From Thermoanaerobaculia bacterium (GTDB lineage: Bacteria; Acidobacteriota; Thermoanaerobaculia; Multivoradales; UBA5704), in assembly GCA_035490435.1 (NCBI GenBank), contig DATHEF010000044.1:67571-131570 (forward strand): a DNA stretch of 64,000 bases. Reading direction: 5' to 3'. The notes beneath the pieces were generated by a model that worked only from the letters and a program-made list of their open reading frames with translations, was not told the origin of the DNA and ran no database searches. This document shows positions 59,036-64,000 of this stretch, piece after piece; the first letter of the stretch is position 1; each line of letters starts with the position of its first letter. A program made the position numbers and the translations under genes.

Positions 59036-60724
59036 ACCGCCCAACCCTCGCTCCGCAACGAGATCTTCCGAATCCTGGCGCCGCTCGCCGCATTGGCGGC
59101 GATGGCCGCGCTGGCGGCGCATGAGGTGAATCCGGCGGGCGCGGCGGAGAGCGCCTATCTGGCGGTGCTCGCGGCGGCGGCGCTGCTGCCGATCGCGTTC
59201 CTCGCCCCCTGGCCGGCGTATGAGGTGGGGGTCGGGGCCACGCTGGTTACGGCCGCGGTCTGGGCGCTGCCGCCCGGGCCGGGACGGGGGGCGGCGGTGG
59301 GGGCGCTGCTGGTGGCGGCGCTGGCGGTGGCGGCCGGCCGGGCGCTGCTCGCGGGCGAGAGATCGCGACTCTTCATTCCCCTAGCTCTCGGCATTCAGGT
59401 GCTGCTGCGGGGCGACCTGTTCCTCGCGCCGCCGCCACCGTTGCGCATGGCAGTGGCGCTGGTGGCTCTGCCGGTCGTGGCCGGGGTGGCGCTGGCGATG
59501 CTGGCGCGGCGGCATGGGATGACCCTGGCGCTGATCGCCGGCGGCACGGCGGTGGCGCTGGCGCCGGGGTTCAACGTCGCCTCCACAGTGGGGCTGATCG
59601 CGCTGGCGGCGGGGGATTTCCTGGCGCGGCGGGAGGCCGGCGCGCTGGCGAAGGGGGCGGCATGGATCGCGCTGCTGGCCCCGATCGCCTGGGCTCCCGG
59701 GCCGGGGATCGCGGCGGCGGTCTGCGGTCTGGCGCTCTGGCGGCCCAGGATCGGGCTGGGGATCGCCGTGCTGGCCGCGGGCGGTCTCGCCGTCTATCTC
59801 CATGAATCGGCCGGCGGGATCGCGCTGCAGGCGGTCTGGCTCTTCCTGCTGGTGCCGGCGGCGGTCCTCCCGGATCGGGAACGGCTCCCGGCGGTGATCG
59901 CGGCGGCGCTGATGGCGGGGACGGTGCCGCCGTTCCTCGGCGCCGCCGTTCTCGCGGCGCCGGTGGCCTTGGCGGCCCTCTCGCTGCGGCGCGACGCGGC
60001 CCTGCTGGTGCCGCAGGCGGTCTGGACGGGCGCGGCGCTCGCCGGTACGGCGCTGCTCGCCGGCTATCCCTGGCTGCGCGAGGAGCCGCTGCCGGCCTAC
60101 CTCTCGCTGCTCGGGCTCCACCCCGGCCCGGCGCTGGCGGCGGCGGCGGCCGGCCTGCTCCTGGCGCTCGCCGGCTTCGGGGTCTGGATGGGCCGCGGCT
60201 GGGGCGAGCCGCTGCGGTCGGCGCGGCTGGCGGGTCTGGCGGCGGCCTGCGTGGCGCTGGCGCTGCTGGCCGGGCTGCCCACGGCCGGCACGGCGCTGCT
60301 CGCGCCCGAGGTCCCGGTGGTGCTCGACGCCGGCCATCCGGCCTGGGAGGCGAAGGTCTCCGCGCGGCGGATCGGCAGCGTCGTCGTCGAATCCAGCCTG
60401 TCGCACGGCGCGGCGCTGGCGCCGGGCACGCCGGTGGCGATCGTGCGCCTGCGGGACGCCGGCGGACCGGGGTCGGACTGGGTCCTGCGCGCCGGCGAGG
60501 GGACGGGCGAATGGGCGGCCCGGCGGCCGGACGTGGCCCGCGCCGGGGTCAAGGCGCCGCCCCCCTGGATCTCCTGGGTGGCGGGGAATTTCCTGGCTCA
60601 GCGTTACCGCTCGCTGTGGACCCTGGAGCGGCCGGAGCGCGCCTCGCTCCTGCGCATCGAGCGGGCTCCGGGCGTGCCGCGGGATCTGTCCGTCGCCGTC
60701 TACCAGTTGGAGATCCGGCGTTGA
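59036..60724 (+). CDS. Ala/Leu-rich polytopic membrane protein (hypothetical)
   Basis: >=12 TMs; no recognisable family; upstream of glycosyltransferase genes. Confidence 0.55.
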   Translation, partial: TAQPSLRNEIFRILAPLAALAAMAALAAHEVNPAGAAESAYLAVLAAAALLPIAFLAPWPAYEVGVGATLVTAAVWALPPGPGRGAAVGALLVAALAVAAGRALLAGERSRLFIPLALGIQVLLRGDLFLAPPPPLRMAVALVALPVVAGVALAMLARRHGMTLALIAGGTAVALAPGFNVASTVGLIALAAGDFLARREAGALAKGAAWIALLAPIAWAPGPGIAAAVCGLALWRPRIGLGIAVLAAGGLAVYLHESAGGIALQAVWLFLLVPAAVLPDRERLPAVIAAALMAGTVPPFLGAAVLAAPVALAALSLRRDAALLVPQAVWTGAALAGTALLAGYPWLREEPLPAYLSLLGLHPGPALAAAAAGLLLALAGFGVWMGRGWGEPLRSARLAGLAAACVALALLAGLPTAGTALLAPEVPVVLDAGHPAWEAKVSARRIGSVVVESSLSHGAALAPGTPVAIVRLRDAGGPGSDWVLRAGEGTGEWAARRPDVARAGVKAPPPWISWVAGNFLAQRYRSLWTLERPERASLLRIERAPGVPRDLSVAVYQLEIRR

Positions 60725-62979
60725 GGGAGGGGCGGGAGGGGCTTGCCGGGACCGCGGCGGTCCTGGCCGCGGCCGTCGCCGCCGCCGCGCTGCTGCCCAG
60801 GCTCCTCCCCTTGGAGGGTGCCGATCCGTTTCGCGGCACGCTGGTGGTCCTGCCGCTGATCCTGGGCGCCCTGCGCGAGATCCACCGCTGGGGGGCGCGG
60901 CTGGGCGGCCGCCCGCTCGGGGTGGCGGCCACGGCGGGGGAGCTGGGCGCACTCGCGGTCCTGATCCTGCTCGTGCTCGTCCGGCCGCATCTGTCGCTGG
61001 CGGGGATGGACGAGGTCCTCGCCGGCGGGCTCCTGCTCGTCCTCGGCTGCCGGGTGGCGCGGCAGACGGCCGCGCTCCGGCCGCTGCTGGGAGACCGGCT
61101 GCCGCGGCGCCCGTCCATCCTCTTCCTCCTGCTCCCGCTCACCGTCTACATCGCCATCCTCCCCTGGTCGGCCCGGCACCGGCAGCCGGACGGCGACGAG
61201 CCGTTCTATCTGCTGGTCACCCACAGTCTGGCCTACGACTTCGACGCCGACCTGACGAACAATTACGCGCAAGGGGATTGGCGCCATTTCATGGACCGCC
61301 CGATCGAGCCGCAGCCGGGCGATCCGGTGGGGCCGCACGGCGAGAGGTACTCGCGGCACAACGAGCTCCTGCCGATGGCCTTGGCGCCGGCCTATCGGCT
61401 GGCCGGGAAAACGGGCGCGCTGGCCATGATGGCGCTGATGACGGCAGCCCTCGCCTGGCTGACGTTGCGCCTCGCCCGCCACTACGTTCCGGACCTGCCC
61501 GGCGAATCGCTGGCGGCCTGGGCCCTGACCGCCTTCGCGCCGCCGCTGCTGCTCTACTCGTATCAGGTCTGGGTGGAGGTGCCGGCGGCGCTGCTCCTGG
61601 CGGCGGCCCTCGACCGCATCCTGGTGATCGATCGCGGAGCGGGCGGCGGCCGCCCCTGGGGAATCAAGGAGTGGCTGGGGTTGGGCTTGCCGGTGCTGCT
61701 GCTGCCGCTGGTGAAGATCCGGCTGATCCTGATCTCCGGACCGCTGCTCGTCCTCGGCTGGTGGCACGCGGGGCGCCAGCGCCGGCCGCTGCTGATCCTC
61801 GCCGGGCTGCTCGCCGGTCTGGCGGCGGGGATGCTGCTCTACAACCAGCTCCTCTACTCGAACCCGCTGAAGATCCACACCTGGCAGGAGGTCGATCCCC
61901 ACCACTACGGTGTGGCCTCGTACCTCAAGGGGTTCTCCGGCCTCTTTTTCGACGCGGCGTTCGGCCTGTTCGGCTGCGCGCCGGTCTGGCTGCTCCTGCT
62001 GCCGGCGCTGCTGCTACTCCTGGCGAGGCGCAGCCCGCTGCTGCTCCATCTGATGGCGCTGAGCCTCCCCTATCTGGTGATCGTGGTGCCGCGCGTCGAG
62101 TGGTACGGCGGCTGGTCCCCCCCATTCCGCTACGCCCTGATCGCGATCCCCCTGCTCGGCATCGCCCTGGTGCCGCTGCTCGCCGCCGGCCGGGAACGCG
62201 CGGGAGCCCGGGCGCTGCTCGCCGGCCTCGCGGCGCTGACCCTGGCGCTGACGCTCGTCTGGGTGGCGATGCCGGGGTGGACCTACAACTTCGCCGACGG
62301 CCGCACCTACGCCCTCGACGCCCTGAGCGGCCGGCTGGGGATGGACATCGCCCGCTTCTTCCCCAGCTCGATCCGGACGCGGACCGCCACTTGGCTCTGG
62401 CCCGTGCTGTCGATCCCCCTGATCTCGCTGCTCTGGTGGCTGCCGGGGCCCGGGGGGCGTAAGCCCGGCCGAAGGTACCCGGCCGGTGCGGCGGCGATGG
62501 CCGGGATCGCGCTGATGCTCGGGGTCCTGGCGCTCCTCCCCTCGGCGGCGGCGCGGGTGCCGACGCGCCTCGTGGAGCTCGAGGACCCGGGGGTCCGCAA
62601 GAGCGGCGGCCACCTCCACCCCGAGCGCTGGGTGGTGGAGCGGACCCGCTACCGGGGCGGCTGGGTGCTGCGGGTGGGCGAGCGGCTGGAAGCGCCGGTG
62701 GCGCCTGGGAGCCGCCGGGTGAAGCTCCGCCTTGCCGCGGAGCTCATCCGCAATCAGCCGGTCCCCTTCACCCTGGACATCCAGCAGGGGGACCGGCTGC
62801 TCACCTCCTGGACCCCGGGGCGGCAGCGGGTCTGGGAGACGGTCGAGGTGGGGCCGGTGGAATGGTATGCAGAGAATGGGCGGGCGGGCGCGCCGCTGGT
62901 GCTCGTCGCGCACGGGCCGGCGCCGCCGGGGCAGTTGAACGGGGTGATTCTGGATCGGGTGGAGATGGAGTGGCGGTGA
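60721..62979 (+). CDS. GT-C-fold glycosyltransferase (PMT/ArnT-like) with C-terminal soluble domain
   Basis: First-loop acidic motif RQPDGDEPFYLLVTHSLAYDFDAD, many TMs; TTG start overlapping upstream stop (exact start uncertain). Confidence 0.65.
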   Translation: MREGREGLAGTAAVLAAAVAAAALLPRLLPLEGADPFRGTLVVLPLILGALREIHRWGARLGGRPLGVAATAGELGALAVLILLVLVRPHLSLAGMDEVLAGGLLLVLGCRVARQTAALRPLLGDRLPRRPSILFLLLPLTVYIAILPWSARHRQPDGDEPFYLLVTHSLAYDFDADLTNNYAQGDWRHFMDRPIEPQPGDPVGPHGERYSRHNELLPMALAPAYRLAGKTGALAMMALMTAALAWLTLRLARHYVPDLPGESLAAWALTAFAPPLLLYSYQVWVEVPAALLLAAALDRILVIDRGAGGGRPWGIKEWLGLGLPVLLLPLVKIRLILISGPLLVLGWWHAGRQRRPLLILAGLLAGLAAGMLLYNQLLYSNPLKIHTWQEVDPHHYGVASYLKGFSGLFFDAAFGLFGCAPVWLLLLPALLLLLARRSPLLLHLMALSLPYLVIVVPRVEWYGGWSPPFRYALIAIPLLGIALVPLLAAGRERAGARALLAGLAALTLALTLVWVAMPGWTYNFADGRTYALDALSGRLGMDIARFFPSSIRTRTATWLWPVLSIPLISLLWWLPGPGGRKPGRRYPAGAAAMAGIALMLGVLALLPSAAARVPTRLVELEDPGVRKSGGHLHPERWVVERTRYRGGWVLRVGERLEAPVAPGSRRVKLRLAAELIRNQPVPFTLDIQQGDRLLTSWTPGRQRVWETVEVGPVEWYAENGRAGAPLVLVAHGPAPPGQLNGVILDRVEMEWR

Positions 62980-63830
62980 CCCTCACCGCCGTCATCCCCA
63001 CCCTGGGCCGCAGCCCCCTCCTCGTCGCCTGCCTGGAAGCCCTCCGGCGCGAGGGGGCCGAAATCGTCGTCGTCGATCAGGGGGATTCCCCGGCCGCGAT
63101 CCCCGCCGGCCTCGCGGACCGCGTCCTGCGTCCGGGGCGCAATCTCGGTTTCGCGGCGGGGAGCAATCTGGGGATCGCCGAGGCCCGGGGGGAGTGGATC
63201 GCGACGGTGAACGACGACGCGATCGTCGAGCCCGGGTGGGCGGGGGCGCTGATCGCAGCCCTGGAGGCGGACCCGCGGGCGGCGGCGGCGCAGGGGGTCA
63301 ATCTCGTCCTCGATTCTCCAGACCTCGCGGACGGCTGCGGCATCGCCTGGAACCGCTGGTGGCAGGCGGTCCAGATCGGGCATGGGAAACCGGCTCCGGC
63401 TCCAGGCGCGAGGATCGAGGAGATCTTCGGGGTGTCGGCCACGGCGGCTATCTACCGCCGGGAGTCCTTGCGCGCGGTCGCTTCCGAGGGGGAGGTGTTC
63501 GATCCGCGGCTCGGGTCCTACTACGAGGACGTCGACCTCGCCGGCCGGCTGCGCGCGGCGGGGTTCAGCGCGCTGCTCGTCCCGGCGGCGCGGGCCCGCC
63601 ACGCCGGCTCGCTCACCGGCAGGACGCTGAGCCGCGAGCGCTGGCGGCTGATCTACGGCAACCGCTGGCGGGTGGCGAAGCGCTTTCTCGGCGGCGGTTT
63701 CTGGCCGCGGGTCCCGCTCCTGGCGGCGCGCGATGGGATCGACCTCGGGCGGGCTCTGCTGCGCGGCGACGGCGAGCTCGCGGCGGGGATCGTCGCCGGA
63801 TGGAAGCGGGCGCTGCGCGGTCCGCGATAA
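62976..63830 (+). CDS. Family 2 glycosyltransferase (GT-A)
   Basis: VIPTLGR..., DQGDS, NDDAIVEPGW (DXD-like), YYEDVD; GTG overlaps upstream stop (GTGA). Confidence 0.8.
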   Translation: MTLTAVIPTLGRSPLLVACLEALRREGAEIVVVDQGDSPAAIPAGLADRVLRPGRNLGFAAGSNLGIAEARGEWIATVNDDAIVEPGWAGALIAALEADPRAAAAQGVNLVLDSPDLADGCGIAWNRWWQAVQIGHGKPAPAPGARIEEIFGVSATAAIYRRESLRAVASEGEVFDPRLGSYYEDVDLAGRLRAAGFSALLVPAARARHAGSLTGRTLSRERWRLIYGNRWRVAKRFLGGGFWPRVPLLAARDGIDLGRALLRGDGELAAGIVAGWKRALRGPR

Positions 63831-63840
63831 CCTCTGCGCA

Positions 63841-64000
63841 TGCCGGAGCCTCTTCTCACAGGCGTCGTCGTCCACTGGCGCAACGAGGATCTCCTCGCCG
63901 AGCTGGCGGCGGCGTGGCCGCGCGATCCCCGCTTCGAGCTGCTGGTGGTGGACAACGGCTCGTCGGCGCCGCTGCCGGCTGGCGTCCGGGTGCTCGCGCC
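63841..64000 (+). CDS. Family 2 glycosyltransferase (partial, runs off window)
   Basis: MPEPLLTGVVVHWRNEDLL...LLVVDNGS (GT2 N-terminal motif). Confidence 0.65.

Overview
High-GC (~70%) bacterial chromosomal window, apparently centred on the replication-origin neighbourhood. On the minus strand at the left edge: dnaA with DnaA-box-like motifs and an AT-rich stretch upstream. A classic rpmH-rnpA-yidD-yidC-jag block is followed by two consensus parS sites, then rsmG-parA-parB and a bactofilin gene. Other recognisable loci are ffs(SRP RNA)-dnaX-ybaB-recR, tadA, a tmRNA (tag ANDNFALAA), a cspA paralog, transketolase, serS, and all four standard tRNA-Ser isoacceptors (GGA, CGA, GCT, TGA). RNA genes and rpmH were missed by the ORF track. 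selD appears to be a selenoprotein whose true N-terminus reads through an in-frame UGA. Candidate novel or unusual content: (1) a ~2 kb low-GC island (36.7-38.8 kb) carrying a DUF433 protein, a 3-TM membrane protein, and an RHH-NUDIX gene pair behind a perfect palindrome; (2) a rimB(DUF785 protease)-rimK-AstE/AspA-like-sppA minus-strand gene string; (3) two diverged ~200-nt tandem repeats with conserved hairpins and intrinsic terminators (candidate paralogous sRNAs) between the rimK string and mutY; (4) a TPM-domain / Tim44-like double zinc-ribbon gene pair next to Kazal and H-NS-like genes; (5) a secreted protein-CPBP protease-methyltransferase trio; (6) a membrane protein / GT-C / GT2 / GT2 glycosylation locus at the right edge. 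Many long ORFs in the track are antisense artefacts typical of high-GC DNA.
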